DNA of 62,826 nucleotides from a bacterium (GTDB lineage: Bacteria; Actinomycetota; Acidimicrobiia; Spongiisociales; ZC4RG35), in assembly GCA_024641285.1 (NCBI GenBank), contig JAHEDH010000002.1, positions 1 to 62,826 of the forward strand, in the 5' to 3' direction. Below, piece after piece: positions 30,566-40,734 of this stretch. The notes beneath the pieces are model-generated. The model was not told where the DNA came from. It saw nothing but the letters and a program-made list of their open reading frames with translations, and ran no database searches. Numbering within the stretch: position 1 is the first letter of the stretch; each line of letters starts with the position of its first letter. Made by a program: the position numbers and the translations under genes.

Positions 30566-32065
30566 ATGCGCCGAATGGTCATCGGAATCATCGTCGTGCT
30601 CGCGATCGCATGGGGCAGTCTCGGTGCGCTGCTCGCCAACGGCATCGTCCCCCGCCTCGGCCTGGACCTCCAGGGCGGCACGTCGGTCGTCTTGACCGCC
30701 CCCGAGGGAACCGACCCCGATCTGATCGACGTGGCGACCCAGATCATGAGCAACCGCATCAGCTCCATCGGTGGAGTCCAGGAGCCCGAGATCGCGATCT
30801 CGGGAGGCAACACGGTCCTGGTGCAGCTTCCGGGCGTGCAGAACGAGCAACAAGCGCTCGATGCGGTCGGCACGACGGGGCTCTTGAGCTTCCGGCCGGT
30901 GCTGGCCCTCTACAACGGCGGCGCCGGGCCGTTCGGGTCTGCGTTCGATCCGACGCCGGGTATCGAAGGCGATGCCGTCGAGCCACCGGTCGACCCGGCG
31001 GAGATCCCAGACAACGTGGATCCGGTCACCGGTCTGACGATCGACGACGATCCATCACAACCGTCGTTCCTCCTCTACACCGACTCGTTCTTCGGCGTCG
31101 ACCAGCCGGTCGTGCTCGAACTCGGCCCCGCAGAGCTCCTCGGGACCGACGTGTCCCAGGCCCTGCCACAGTTCACCGGCGCACAGTGGGCGGTCTCGCT
31201 CGATCTGACGGGAGACGGCGGGGACAAGTTCGCCGCGCTCACCGGTGAGGCTGCCCGATACAGCGACGCCCGGCGACGCATCGCAATCGTCCTCGACGGA
31301 GACGTCCTGACGGCTCCCGAGGTCAACGCCGACATCGGACCCGAGGGAATCACCGGCGGACGCGCCCAGATCACGGTCGGCACATCGCCCGACGCCGAGG
31401 AGGAGGCACAGCAGTTGTCGATCGTGCTGCGTTACGGGTCTCTGCCCGTCTCGTTCGAACGTTCCCAGGTGTCGAAGGTGTCGGCCACGTTGGGGTCCGA
31501 CTCGCTCCAGATCGGGCTCACCGCAGGCATCGCCGGCCTGATCCTGGTCGTACTGAGCCTGTTGGTGTATTACCGATCGCTCGGGCTCATCGCCCTGGTC
31601 GGGCTGTCGGTGTTCGGCTCGCTGCTCGTTGTCATCTACTCGGCTCTCGGAGAGTTACGAGGCTTGACGCTCACTCTGGCGGGTGTCACCGGAATCGTGG
31701 TGTCGATCGGAATCACCGCGGACTCCTACATCGTCTACTTCGAGCGGATCAAAGAGGACATACGTGCTGGTTTGACGGTCCACACCGCAGTGACGGAGGG
31801 ATTCCGGTCTGCCTATCGGACGATCTTGACCGCCGACTCGGTCTCGCTCCTCGGTGCCGTCTTGTTGTACATCCTCGCAGTCGGCCCGGTGCGGGGCTTC
31901 GCCCTCACGCTGGGAATCGCCACGGTCCTCGACCTCTTCGTCGCTCGGGCGTTCACACGTCGGGCCGCATGGATCCTGTCCCGCACCCGTTTCGCAGAAG
32001 GAGGGTTCTTCTCCATCACGGCGGCCGCAGGAGAACACCATCAACTCGAGGAGGTGACGGCATGA
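30566..32065 (+). CDS. secD: Protein translocase subunit SecD
   Basis: LGLDLQGGTSVVL, periplasmic domain, C-terminal 5-TM bundle (TLAGVTGIVVSIGITADSYIVYFERIKE). Confidence 0.9.
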   Translation: MRRMVIGIIVVLAIAWGSLGALLANGIVPRLGLDLQGGTSVVLTAPEGTDPDLIDVATQIMSNRISSIGGVQEPEIAISGGNTVLVQLPGVQNEQQALDAVGTTGLLSFRPVLALYNGGAGPFGSAFDPTPGIEGDAVEPPVDPAEIPDNVDPVTGLTIDDDPSQPSFLLYTDSFFGVDQPVVLELGPAELLGTDVSQALPQFTGAQWAVSLDLTGDGGDKFAALTGEAARYSDARRRIAIVLDGDVLTAPEVNADIGPEGITGGRAQITVGTSPDAEEEAQQLSIVLRYGSLPVSFERSQVSKVSATLGSDSLQIGLTAGIAGLILVVLSLLVYYRSLGLIALVGLSVFGSLLVVIYSALGELRGLTLTLAGVTGIVVSIGITADSYIVYFERIKEDIRAGLTVHTAVTEGFRSAYRTILTADSVSLLGAVLLYILAVGPVRGFALTLGIATVLDLFVARAFTRRAAWILSRTRFAEGGFFSITAAAGEHHQLEEVTA

Positions 32066-33171
32066 GTTGGCTCGGTCGTCTTTCGCGGGGTGAAACGAAC
32101 ATCGATTTCGTCGGACTCCGGAAACGCTGGTTCGCGATCTCTGCGACCCTGATCGTCATCTCGCTGCTCTCGCTGGCGATACGGCAACTCAATCTCGGGC
32201 TGGAGTTCGAAGGCGGGACGCTCGTCGAGACTCCGAACGCAGCGGAGTTGACCATCGAACAGGTTCGCGATGCCCTTGCACCGCTGGGACTGTCGGACAG
32301 CCGTATCCAGTTCGTGGACGGTGGGGCGTATGTGCGCGTGCAGACCGAACCCCTCGACTCCGAGACCGAAGTCGAACTCATCGACGCCATCGTTGCGGCA
32401 ACGGAATCCGATCGGATGGATGCGTCGATCGAGGCCGTCGGCCCGACATTCGGAGCGCAGGTCGCCAGACAGGCGGTGATTGCACTCGTCGTCTTCCTCG
32501 GCTTCGCCGCGTTGTTCATCACCTGGCGTCTCCAGTGGAAGATGGCCGGAGCGGGCCTCGCGGCGCTCGCCCACGACATGATCCTCACCGTCGGTGTCTA
32601 TGCCCTGACGGGCTTCGAGGTGACCCCCGCGACCGTTGTGGCGCTCTTGACGATCCTCGGCTACAGCCTCTATGACACCGTCGTGGTGTTCGACCGCGTG
32701 GAGGAGTTGGAGGAGACCCTCGACATCGACTTGACGTACTCCGATCTGATCAACCGGTCGATGAACCAGGTCGTGGTCCGATCCTTGGCGACGTCGTTCA
32801 CTTCGCTGCTGCCCATCGGGACGCTGTTGTTCGTGGGAGCCATCTTGTTGGGCGCCAGCAGCCTGCAGGACTTCGCGCTGGCTCTGTTCGTCGGCATCGC
32901 CGCCGGCACCTACTCGTCGATCTTCTTCGCGGCACCGCTGCTCGCCGTCTGGAAGGAGCGGGAGCCCGAATGGATCGACATGCGCGAACGACTCGAGCGT
33001 CGCGCCGTCGAGAAGGCTGCCCGGGAGGCAGGGGCACCAGTCGCAGCGGTGAAGCAGCCCAAGGGCGAGTCGGGCGCTGCCGAGCCCCGTTCCCCCAAGA
33101 AGCCGACCGGCGCCGCCCCACGCCCACCAAAGGGCGCCGGAGCGAAACCCCGCCCACCGAAGGGGAGATAG
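32062..33171 (+). CDS. secF: Protein translocase subunit SecF (with Pro/Lys-rich C-terminal tail)
   Basis: IDFVGLRKRWFAISA, LGLEFEGGT, TM bundle with YSLYDTVVVFDR. ATGA overlap with secD. Tail: ..PKKPTGAAPRPPKGAGAKPRPPKGR. Confidence 0.9.
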   Translation: MSWLGRLSRGETNIDFVGLRKRWFAISATLIVISLLSLAIRQLNLGLEFEGGTLVETPNAAELTIEQVRDALAPLGLSDSRIQFVDGGAYVRVQTEPLDSETEVELIDAIVAATESDRMDASIEAVGPTFGAQVARQAVIALVVFLGFAALFITWRLQWKMAGAGLAALAHDMILTVGVYALTGFEVTPATVVALLTILGYSLYDTVVVFDRVEELEETLDIDLTYSDLINRSMNQVVVRSLATSFTSLLPIGTLLFVGAILLGASSLQDFALALFVGIAAGTYSSIFFAAPLLAVWKEREPEWIDMRERLERRAVEKAAREAGAPVAAVKQPKGESGAAEPRSPKKPTGAAPRPPKGAGAKPRPPKGR

Positions 33172-33303
33172 GGCGGCCCGGCGGCCGTTGGGTGTCTGTG
33201 CCGATTTCGTCGATACGCCGCGGACACGCTTGCGCAGCAAAGACACGCTCACGAAGTGACCACACGCCGTGAGGGTGCCAGCCCGAACCTGTAGTCTCCT
33301 GGC

Positions 33304-33822
33304 GTGACCGATCTACGTGCACTCATCCGTGACATTCCGGACTATCCGAAGCCGGGGATTCTCTTCTACGACATCACGCCGGTGCTCGGCCACGCCGACG
33401 GTTTCTCTGATCTCATCGACCGCATGGCCGACCCGTTCAGAGAAGCCGGCATCACCAAAGTGGCCGGCATCGAAGCCCGAGGGTTCACCGTTGCGGCGCC
33501 GGTCGCGACCGAGCTCGAGGCCGGTTTCATCCCGATTCGCAAGCCTGGAAAACTCCCATATCAGGTCCACCACCGCGAGTACAGCCTCGAATACGGCACC
33601 GATGCCCTCGAGATGCACACCGACGCAGTCGTCCCGGGTGATCGTGTGCTCGTCGTCGATGACGTGATCGCAACCGGTGGAACGGCCGCTGCGGCTCTGG
33701 CGCTGTTGAGCGACGCCGGAGCAGAGGTGATAGCCGTGTCGGTCTTCATAGAATTGGGATTCCTCGATGGCGCCGCGGCTCTCGGAGGCGTTCCGTTCCA
33801 TGCCCTTCTCACATTCGACTGA
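33304..33822 (+). CDS. apt: Adenine phosphoribosyltransferase
   Basis: IRDIPDYPKPGILFYDITP, PRPP motif VLVVDDVIATGGTA. Confidence 0.9.
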   Translation: MTDLRALIRDIPDYPKPGILFYDITPVLGHADGFSDLIDRMADPFREAGITKVAGIEARGFTVAAPVATELEAGFIPIRKPGKLPYQVHHREYSLEYGTDALEMHTDAVVPGDRVLVVDDVIATGGTAAAALALLSDAGAEVIAVSVFIELGFLDGAAALGGVPFHALLTFD

Positions 33823-35989
33823 CGAACCCGACCCCGAAGCCGGGTTCAGACGCGTCGTAGAGACGTTCAGGGATCGGCATCCCGACGGAGATGCCGAGTT
33901 GTTGGAGCGGGCGTACCGGCTGGCGTACTCGGCTCACGACGGGCAGATCAGGAAGAGTGGTGAGCCCTACATCACCCACCCGATCGCGGTGACCCAGATT
34001 CTCGCCGACTACGGCATGGACACGCCCACCCTGGCGGCATCGTTCCTCCACGACACCGTCGAAGACACCGACGTGACGCTCGAGCAGATCACCGCCGAAT
34101 TCGGGACCGAGATCGCATATCTGATCGATGGCGTCACCAAACTCGATCGACTCCACTACGGGACTCGCGAACAGGCGCAGGCGGCGACGATTCGCAAGAT
34201 GGTGATCGCCATGGCCGAGGATCTCCGGGTGTTGATCATCAAGCTCGCAGACCGACTTCACAACATCCGAACGATCGATTCGCTCCGGCCCGAGAAACAG
34301 CAACGAGTCGCTCGCGAGACGCTCGACGTCTACGCCCCCTTGGCTCACCGGCTGGGAGTCCAGGAGATCAAGCACGAGCTCGAGGATCGGTGCTTCGAGA
34401 TCCTGTACCCGGGGCCTTGGCAGGAGATCACCGATCAGCTCGAGGAGCGAGCGCCCGAGCGGGAGCAGTACCTCGAGGTGGTGATCGAGGAGCTGCAGAC
34501 GATGCTGTCGGACGCCTCGATCAAGGCGGAGGTCACCGGCCGCCCCAAGCACCACTACTCGATCTACCGCAAGATGGTCGAGCAGGGCCGCACGTTCGAG
34601 GAGATCCACGACCTCATCGGCATCCGAGTCATCACCGACACGATGCAGGACTGCTATGCCGTGCTCGGGTTGGTGCACGCCCGCTGGCTGCCGGTCTCGG
34701 GCCGGTTCAAGGACTACGTGGCAATGCCGAAGTTCAACCTCTACCAATCGCTGCACACCACGGTCATCGGTCGCGGCGGCAAGCCGCTGGAAGTCCAGAT
34801 CAGGACGCGAGAGATGCATCAGCTGGCGGAGGCCGGGGTCGCCGCCCACTGGCGGTACAAAGAGTCCGAGAAGACGGATCTGCGTTGGAAAGGGGGCCTT
34901 CACGCACTCGAAGAATTACACGCCGACCCCGTGGAGTTCCTCGATCAGCTGAAGATGGACCTCTACCAGGACGAGGTCTTCGTGACCACCCCCGCCGGCG
35001 ACATCAAGACACTTCCGAAGGGTGCCACCGCGATCGACTTCGCCTATGCAGTCCACACCGAGGTCGGCCATCGGTGTGTCGGAGCCAAGGTGAACGGCAG
35101 GCTGATGCCGCTGAGCACGCGTCTCGAGTCCGGTGACATGATCGAGATCATCACCTCCCGGTCCGAGACCGCGGCTCCGTCCCGTGATTGGCTCAAGATC
35201 GCAAGGACGTCGCGAGCGAAATCCAAGATCAAGCAGTGGTTCCTGAAGGAGCGACGCAGCCAGGCGATGTCGGAAGGGCGGGAGCAGTTGTTCACCCTGC
35301 TCCGCAAGGAGGGCCTCGGCCTCGGTGCCTCGGAGCGGGACGCATTGTTGGAGGAGATCGCCCAGGAGTTCTCGAAACCGAGTGCCGACGTTCTGCTCGT
35401 GGCAATCGGCGAGGGAGAGATCGGCGCCAACACGGTGCTCCATAGGATGGTGCGCCACGTCCGGCCCGAGACCGACTCCGAAGACCTCCTGCAGCCGGTC
35501 CGACCGCGGAAGTACTCGTCGGCCGGCCCGGGGATCATCGTCGAAGGCCTCGACGACATGATGGTCTCGATCGCCCGATGCTGCGTGCCGGTCCCTGGGG
35601 ACGACATCGTCGGCTTCGTGACCATCGGACGCGGGGTCTCCGTCCATCGGAGTGACTGCACGAACATGGCGTCGCTGGCGGCCAACGGCGCAGAACGAAT
35701 GATCGAGGTGTCGTGGCCGGCCGAGCGTGTGGGCTCGTTCTTCGTGTGGGTCCAGGTCGAGGCCCTCGACCGTACGCGACTGTTGAGGGACGTCACCGAT
35801 GTGATCTCCGAGTTGGCCGGCAACATCACCGCCTCGTCGTCGATCACGGGCCGTGATCGCGTGGCAATCCTCCGATACGAGATCGAGCTGTCCGACCCGA
35901 GCCAGGTGCCTCGACTGATCAGCGAGCTCCGGGGAGTCGACGGCGTGTTCGCGGCCTTCCGCCTCGTCGGCGAGCCCGAATCCGGCTGA
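33800..35989 (+). CDS. relA: Bifunctional (p)ppGpp synthetase/hydrolase RelA/SpoT homologue
   Basis: HD domain (GEPYITHPIAV..HD.VEDT), synthetase domain (YRS.H..V.....PLEVQIRT..MH..AE), TGS and ACT regions. The start is uncertain (33767 or 33800); both overlap the apt end. Confidence 0.9.
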   Translation: MPFSHSTDEPDPEAGFRRVVETFRDRHPDGDAELLERAYRLAYSAHDGQIRKSGEPYITHPIAVTQILADYGMDTPTLAASFLHDTVEDTDVTLEQITAEFGTEIAYLIDGVTKLDRLHYGTREQAQAATIRKMVIAMAEDLRVLIIKLADRLHNIRTIDSLRPEKQQRVARETLDVYAPLAHRLGVQEIKHELEDRCFEILYPGPWQEITDQLEERAPEREQYLEVVIEELQTMLSDASIKAEVTGRPKHHYSIYRKMVEQGRTFEEIHDLIGIRVITDTMQDCYAVLGLVHARWLPVSGRFKDYVAMPKFNLYQSLHTTVIGRGGKPLEVQIRTREMHQLAEAGVAAHWRYKESEKTDLRWKGGLHALEELHADPVEFLDQLKMDLYQDEVFVTTPAGDIKTLPKGATAIDFAYAVHTEVGHRCVGAKVNGRLMPLSTRLESGDMIEIITSRSETAAPSRDWLKIARTSRAKSKIKQWFLKERRSQAMSEGREQLFTLLRKEGLGLGASERDALLEEIAQEFSKPSADVLLVAIGEGEIGANTVLHRMVRHVRPETDSEDLLQPVRPRKYSSAGPGIIVEGLDDMMVSIARCCVPVPGDDIVGFVTIGRGVSVHRSDCTNMASLAANGAERMIEVSWPAERVGSFFVWVQVEALDRTRLLRDVTDVISELAGNITASSSITGRDRVAILRYEIELSDPSQVPRLISELRGVDGVFAAFRLVGEPESG

Positions 35990-36139
35990 TACGGGGCGGG
36001 ATGCCCGGGCCGTCGAGGCTTTTCGCCGAAGCGATCGGCCCGAGGATGCAGTGACTAGCCCGAATTGGAGCTACAGGTATAGTCCCCTCCTACCGATACG
36101 GACCTCGACCGGCATCGATCGAGGAGACAGAGGGACATC

Positions 36140-38461
36140 ATGCTTCGGCGACTTCGCCTACCGGGCAAGCTGGCAATCGCGGCTCTGCCGCTCGTCCTCC
36201 TGCTTGTGGCGGCGGCGACGCTGTTCGCCCTCCAGGCGTTCGAAGACGCCGATCGGCAGGATCTCACCGCCGAACTCGCCGCCACCTGGCAGCCGCTCCA
36301 GGACGTGGTCGACGTGTTCGCCTCCGAGGAGACGGCAACACTCGCGGCACTCGATGAATTGGTCGAACAGGACCTGTCGGCGATGCGTGGCGTCGCCGAC
36401 CTCACTCAGGTCCGCGGAGAGACCGACGCTGCCATGGAATCGCTCAGGGGCTACGTCAACGACCTGGGCGACCCGGCGCCGCTGGCGAGACAATTCGAGG
36501 TAGCCGAACTCGCCGTCGGCGCGGTGCGGGCGTTCTTCGATGAATCGGGCACGTCACCCGCGACGCAACGAATCAGGATCCCCGAGGGATACGACCTCGC
36601 CGACGCCCAGATCCTCGAGATCGGCGATTTCATCGTGGCCGAGGTGTCCGATGTCGACCTCGCCAGGGAACTGGCCGGGGTGGCCGCCGTGAGCCGAGCA
36701 CTACAGGCAGCGACGATCCAGGATCGCACGGTTTCGCTGCTCGAGCCCGACACACGGCTCGCCACCAACCTCGAGACGATCAGACGCTCCGGCGTGGACG
36801 TCAGCCAGTGGCTGTCGTCGTTCGAGTCCACGGTGACAGGTTCCGCACTGGACGACTATCGCGATGCCGGCGTCCAACAGGCCGTCTTCGATGCGGCCCG
36901 TTTCGCCGGCGAGATCGTGCGCAACGGGCAGCGCGCTCCGCAGTCGGTCGACACCAACTGGGCGACAGCCTCCGAAGCCCGCCGGGAGGCCCTCCTCGGC
37001 TTCCAGCGAACGCAGATCGACGCCGTCGTCGATCAGGCTCGGGCATCTGCCGCAGACGTCAGGCAGCAGGCCCTGATCGTCCTGGCGATCGCAGCCGCCG
37101 CGGTCCTGGCGGCGGCCGCCGTCACGGCCCTGGTGTCACGTTCGATCGTCTCGAGGGTGCGCACCATCACCGAGAGCGCCCGCAACGTCTCCCAGACACA
37201 ATTGCCGGCGCTGGTGGAGGCACTTCGCGACCCGTCCGAAGATGCAGTCCTCCCGACGATCCCCCCGATCCGCGACCGCGGGGCCGATGAGGTCGGCGAC
37301 CTCGCCCGATCCTTCTCAGCCATGCAGTCGACGCTCGAACACGTCGCGACCCAGCAGGTCGAGGTGCTCCGCAAGGGGGTTGCCGACATGTTCGTCACGC
37401 TCGCCCGCAGGAACCGAAGCCTCATCGATCGACAGCTCGCCATGATCGACACCCTGGAGCGCAACGAGGAGAACCCGGACACGCTCGCCGACTTCTACCA
37501 ACTCGACCACCTCGCAACCCGTATGAGACGGAACGCAGAGAGCCTCCTCGTGCTCGCAGGGACAGAGCCCCAGAAGAAGTGGCGGACGCCACTCGAAGTC
37601 GACGACGTGGTTCGGGCCGCTCTCGGAGAAGTCGAGGACTACCGGCGAATCGATGTGCTTGCGCTCGAAGCAGTCCGCTTGAAAGGAACCGTCGTCGCCG
37701 ATCTCGCACATCTCCTCTCGGAGTTGCTCGAGAATGCCACCTCGTTCTCACCTCCCGAGACGAGAGTGCGCATCGCCGGCCACTTCCACGACGAGGGCTA
37801 CCTCATCACGATCACCGATCGCGGTGTCGGCGTACCGGCGCGGAGACTGACCGAGCTCAACGACTTGCTGACGCGACCACCTGTGGTCGGACTGGCGCTC
37901 GAGCCCACGCTCGGGCTCTACGTCGTCGCCATGCTCGCAAAGCGCCACGGGGTACGCGTTCGGCTTGTGACAGGAGCTCCTGGGCTGACGGCGCACGTGA
38001 TGGTTCCCAAGACGCTGTTCGAGATCGTCTCGGAGACGCCCCAGACGCCGATGCCGCCCTCGGGCCAGCCGCCCAGGGACCTGCCGACATCGGCGACGCG
38101 AGCCGAGATCCCGGAACCATCGAGGCAGCCCGAACCCGCCCAGGCCCCCCGACATGCCGTCGAGGAGGTGCGATCGGTCCGGCACACGGCTCCGGCGAGC
38201 GTTCCGAGCGACCTGCCGCTCCGCCCGGTCGCAGCCCAGACGCCGCTCGAGGCCGAGCGAGTCGACCCGCAACCCGAGCTGTCGCCTTCAGGACTGCCCA
38301 CCAGGAAGCCGGGTGCGTCGTTCACGGCGCCCGAGGTCACCGAGCGTCCGGTCGAGACATCGGCCCGAGACCCCGAGGCGATCAAATCGGCCTTCAGCTC
38401 GTTCCAACTCGGGATGACGGTGGGGCGCAACTCGAATCGAGAAGGAGCAAACCATGAGTGA
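36140..38461 (+). CDS. cvnA: Conservon-type sensor histidine-kinase-like protein (N-terminal sensing domain, TM, HAMP, HATPase; CvnA-like)
   Basis: N-terminal TM helix plus a long helical sensing region, second TM helix, HAMP (..DEVGDLARSFSAMQ), HATPase N-box LLSELLENATSFSP and DRGVG, Pro-rich C-terminal tail. Confidence 0.75.
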   Translation: MLRRLRLPGKLAIAALPLVLLLVAAATLFALQAFEDADRQDLTAELAATWQPLQDVVDVFASEETATLAALDELVEQDLSAMRGVADLTQVRGETDAAMESLRGYVNDLGDPAPLARQFEVAELAVGAVRAFFDESGTSPATQRIRIPEGYDLADAQILEIGDFIVAEVSDVDLARELAGVAAVSRALQAATIQDRTVSLLEPDTRLATNLETIRRSGVDVSQWLSSFESTVTGSALDDYRDAGVQQAVFDAARFAGEIVRNGQRAPQSVDTNWATASEARREALLGFQRTQIDAVVDQARASAADVRQQALIVLAIAAAAVLAAAAVTALVSRSIVSRVRTITESARNVSQTQLPALVEALRDPSEDAVLPTIPPIRDRGADEVGDLARSFSAMQSTLEHVATQQVEVLRKGVADMFVTLARRNRSLIDRQLAMIDTLERNEENPDTLADFYQLDHLATRMRRNAESLLVLAGTEPQKKWRTPLEVDDVVRAALGEVEDYRRIDVLALEAVRLKGTVVADLAHLLSELLENATSFSPPETRVRIAGHFHDEGYLITITDRGVGVPARRLTELNDLLTRPPVVGLALEPTLGLYVVAMLAKRHGVRVRLVTGAPGLTAHVMVPKTLFEIVSETPQTPMPPSGQPPRDLPTSATRAEIPEPSRQPEPAQAPRHAVEEVRSVRHTAPASVPSDLPLRPVAAQTPLEAERVDPQPELSPSGLPTRKPGASFTAPEVTERPVETSARDPEAIKSAFSSFQLGMTVGRNSNREGANHE

Positions 38462-38870
38462 AGCTGCAGAGTCTCTCAACTGGCTGATCGTACGCTTCGT
38501 CGAGCAGGTTCCGTCCGTTCGTCAGGCCGTGGTCGTCTCCTCGGACGGTCTTCCGCTGGCCGTGTCCAACGGCGTCGAGCGCGAGGCGGCCGAGCGGATG
38601 GCGGCGGTCTCCTCCGGCCTGATCGGTCTCGCATACGGTTCGGCGGGCCGGTTCGGCGCCGGGGCCGTCAACAACGTCATCATCGAGATGGAGCGTGGCT
38701 GGCTGTTCGTCACCGGTATCCGGGACGGCTCGCTCATGTGCGTCAGCACCGGGAAGGACGCCGACATCGGGATGATCGGCTACGAGATGGCGCTCTTCTC
38801 GGACCGCGCAGGCGACGTGTTGACGCCAGAAGTCCGAGCCGAGCTCAAGTCGGTCCTGCTGGGGGGTTGA
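38454..38870 (+). CDS. cvnB: Roadblock/LC7 (MglB-like) protein, CvnB-like
   Basis: LNWLIVRFVEQVPSVRQAVVVSSDGLPLA...ERMAAVSSGLIGLA; 8-nt overlap with cvnA. Confidence 0.8.
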   Translation: MSEAAESLNWLIVRFVEQVPSVRQAVVVSSDGLPLAVSNGVEREAAERMAAVSSGLIGLAYGSAGRFGAGAVNNVIIEMERGWLFVTGIRDGSLMCVSTGKDADIGMIGYEMALFSDRAGDVLTPEVRAELKSVLLGG

Positions 38871-38877
38871 CGAGCCG

Positions 38878-39222
38878 GTGTCAGAGACCCAGGGGCGATT
38901 CGTTCGCCCGTATGCGATCACCGGCGGACGCACGTCGGTTGACGGCCCCCAACTCGAGTTGGAGAGCCAGATCGTCGCGACCGACCGTGGGCGGGCAAAT
39001 CAACCGCGGTATCGCTGGGAGGCTGCTCGGGTCCTCGAAGCGTGCGACTCGGCAACGGCTCTCATCGAGATCTCGGCGAAGCTGGAGATCCCGGTCGGGG
39101 TGACGAGGGTCGTGGTCTCGGACCTCATCAAACAGGGCGCGGTGGAACTCCTCGTGGAGGAGGAGACCGCGTCGTATTCGGAACTATTGGAGAAGGTGCT
39201 CGATGGCATCCGCAACCTCTGA
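38878..39222 (+). CDS. cvnC: DUF742 protein, CvnC-like
   Basis: FVRPYAITGGRT.......LELESQI......, C-terminal wHTH-like (EISAKLEIPVGVTRVVVSDLIKQGAVEL). Confidence 0.75.
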   Translation: MSETQGRFVRPYAITGGRTSVDGPQLELESQIVATDRGRANQPRYRWEAARVLEACDSATALIEISAKLEIPVGVTRVVVSDLIKQGAVELLVEEETASYSELLEKVLDGIRNL

Positions 39223-39790
39223 ACGAAGGCGTACGCCCGTCAAGATCGTCGTCGCCGGTGGGTTCGGGGTCGGCAAGACCACGTTCGTCGGGTCGATATC
39301 GGAGATCGAGCCGTTGCGGTCGGAGGCGGTCATGACCACTGCCTCCGAGGGCGTCGACGAGCTCTCGGCAGCAGACGGCAAGACGACGACGACCGTGGCG
39401 ATGGACTTCGGCCGGATCAGTCTGGGTCAGGAGTTGTTGCTGTATCTCTTCGGCACCCCCGGGCAGGGCCGGTTCCATTTCATGTGGAACGAGCTGAGTC
39501 GCGGGGCCATCGGAGCGATCATCCTGGCCGACACCCGGAGGCTCGCGGACTGCTTCGCTGCGATCGACTTCTTCGAACAGCGGAGCGTTCCGTTCGTCGT
39601 GGTCGTCAACACGTTCCACGGTGAGCGTCCCCATGAGCTCCACGCAGTGCGCGAGGCACTCCAGATCGGCAACGAGGTCCCGATGGGGTACTGCGATGCA
39701 CGGAACCGCAACGAGGTGCAGCGGGCGCTCATCGAACTGGTGGAACACGCCCTCGTGCGTGCCCGTCGATCGGAGCTCGCCGGGCGGTGA
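39203..39790 (+). CDS. cvnD: Small Ras-like GTPase / ATP-GTP-binding protein, CvnD-like
   Basis: P-loop KIVVAGGFGVGKTTF, switch II FGTPGQGRF, NTFH in place of NKxD. Overlaps the cvnC end. Confidence 0.8.
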   Translation: MASATSERRRTPVKIVVAGGFGVGKTTFVGSISEIEPLRSEAVMTTASEGVDELSAADGKTTTTVAMDFGRISLGQELLLYLFGTPGQGRFHFMWNELSRGAIGAIILADTRRLADCFAAIDFFEQRSVPFVVVVNTFHGERPHELHAVREALQIGNEVPMGYCDARNRNEVQRALIELVEHALVRARRSELAGR

Positions 39791-39819
39791 ACCGCCACTC
39801 CAACGATCGGGGCGCCTGC

Positions 39820-40734
39820 TCAGGCCCTCCGACGGAATCTGCGCATCGCCCGGGCGTACTCGTCCGAGGGCTCGGCGTCGGAGTCGTTCTCGTGGTCGTT
39901 GCGGGTGCCGTGTCCGCCGAGCCGGCTGGCGACGCTCACCACTTGCGGAGGCGTCGCTGGTTCGACCGCCCGTGCCGGCGGCGTGGTCACGGATTTCTCC
40001 GCAGGTGCGGACGGGTGGTCTTCGCCGGATACCGATGCGTCGAGGCGCTCGACGTCGATGTGGATTTCGCGAGCGGGGTCGAACCCCTCTCCCGTCGAAT
40101 TTGCCGCCTTTGATGCGACCGAGCGGAGCTCGGCACGCAGCTCCGCGATCCGCGTCTTGATCTCGAGTTGTTCGTCACGCATCCGCCGCTGCATCTCACG
40201 GAACTGCTTGGCCGCCACCTCTTCGCGTCGGCGGGCGTCTTCGTCGATCTGAGCGGCGCGTCGCCGAGCCTGTTCGATGAGCTCGTCGGAGCGCGCCTTC
40301 GCCTCCGACCTGGCCACACGGAGCATCTGGTCCGCCTTCTCGCTGGCCTCACGCAGGAGATCCTCGGTCGCGACCGGCGTCTCACCCGACTTCGCCGATG
40401 CCGCGTGTGCAGGTTGCGGTGGTTGGACGGGTTGGACCGGCCCCGAAACCATCCTGCGGGCCTCGTCGATGGCGGCGATGTGGCGAGCCTGGGCGTCGTC
40501 GGACAGCTGCCGAGCGTCTACCTCCGCCCGCTCTCGAATCTCGGATGCCGACGCACGCAACTGCGAGGCTTCGGCTTCCGCCGCAGAGTGCAACTGCCTC
40601 GCAGCATCCACCAGCTCGCGGGCCTGCGCCTCTGCACTATCGACGATCTGTCGCGCCTCCGACCTCGCGGTCTGCATCAACGTTTCGGCGTCGAGGATGA
40701 GCTGTTTGAGCTTGGCTTTCTGCTCTTCCATCAT
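39820..40734 (-). CDS. Ala/Glu/Arg-rich coiled-coil protein with basic C-terminal tail
   Basis: MMEEQKAKLKQLILDAETLMQTARSEARQIVDSAEAQARELVDAARQ... The start ATG overlaps the stop of the upstream coiled-coil gene (ATGA). The track ORF is extended upstream artefactually to 40977. Confidence 0.6.
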   Translation of the reverse strand: MMEEQKAKLKQLILDAETLMQTARSEARQIVDSAEAQARELVDAARQLHSAAEAEASQLRASASEIRERAEVDARQLSDDAQARHIAAIDEARRMVSGPVQPVQPPQPAHAASAKSGETPVATEDLLREASEKADQMLRVARSEAKARSDELIEQARRRAAQIDEDARRREEVAAKQFREMQRRMRDEQLEIKTRIAELRAELRSVASKAANSTGEGFDPAREIHIDVERLDASVSGEDHPSAPAEKSVTTPPARAVEPATPPQVVSVASRLGGHGTRNDHENDSDAEPSDEYARAMRRFRRRA

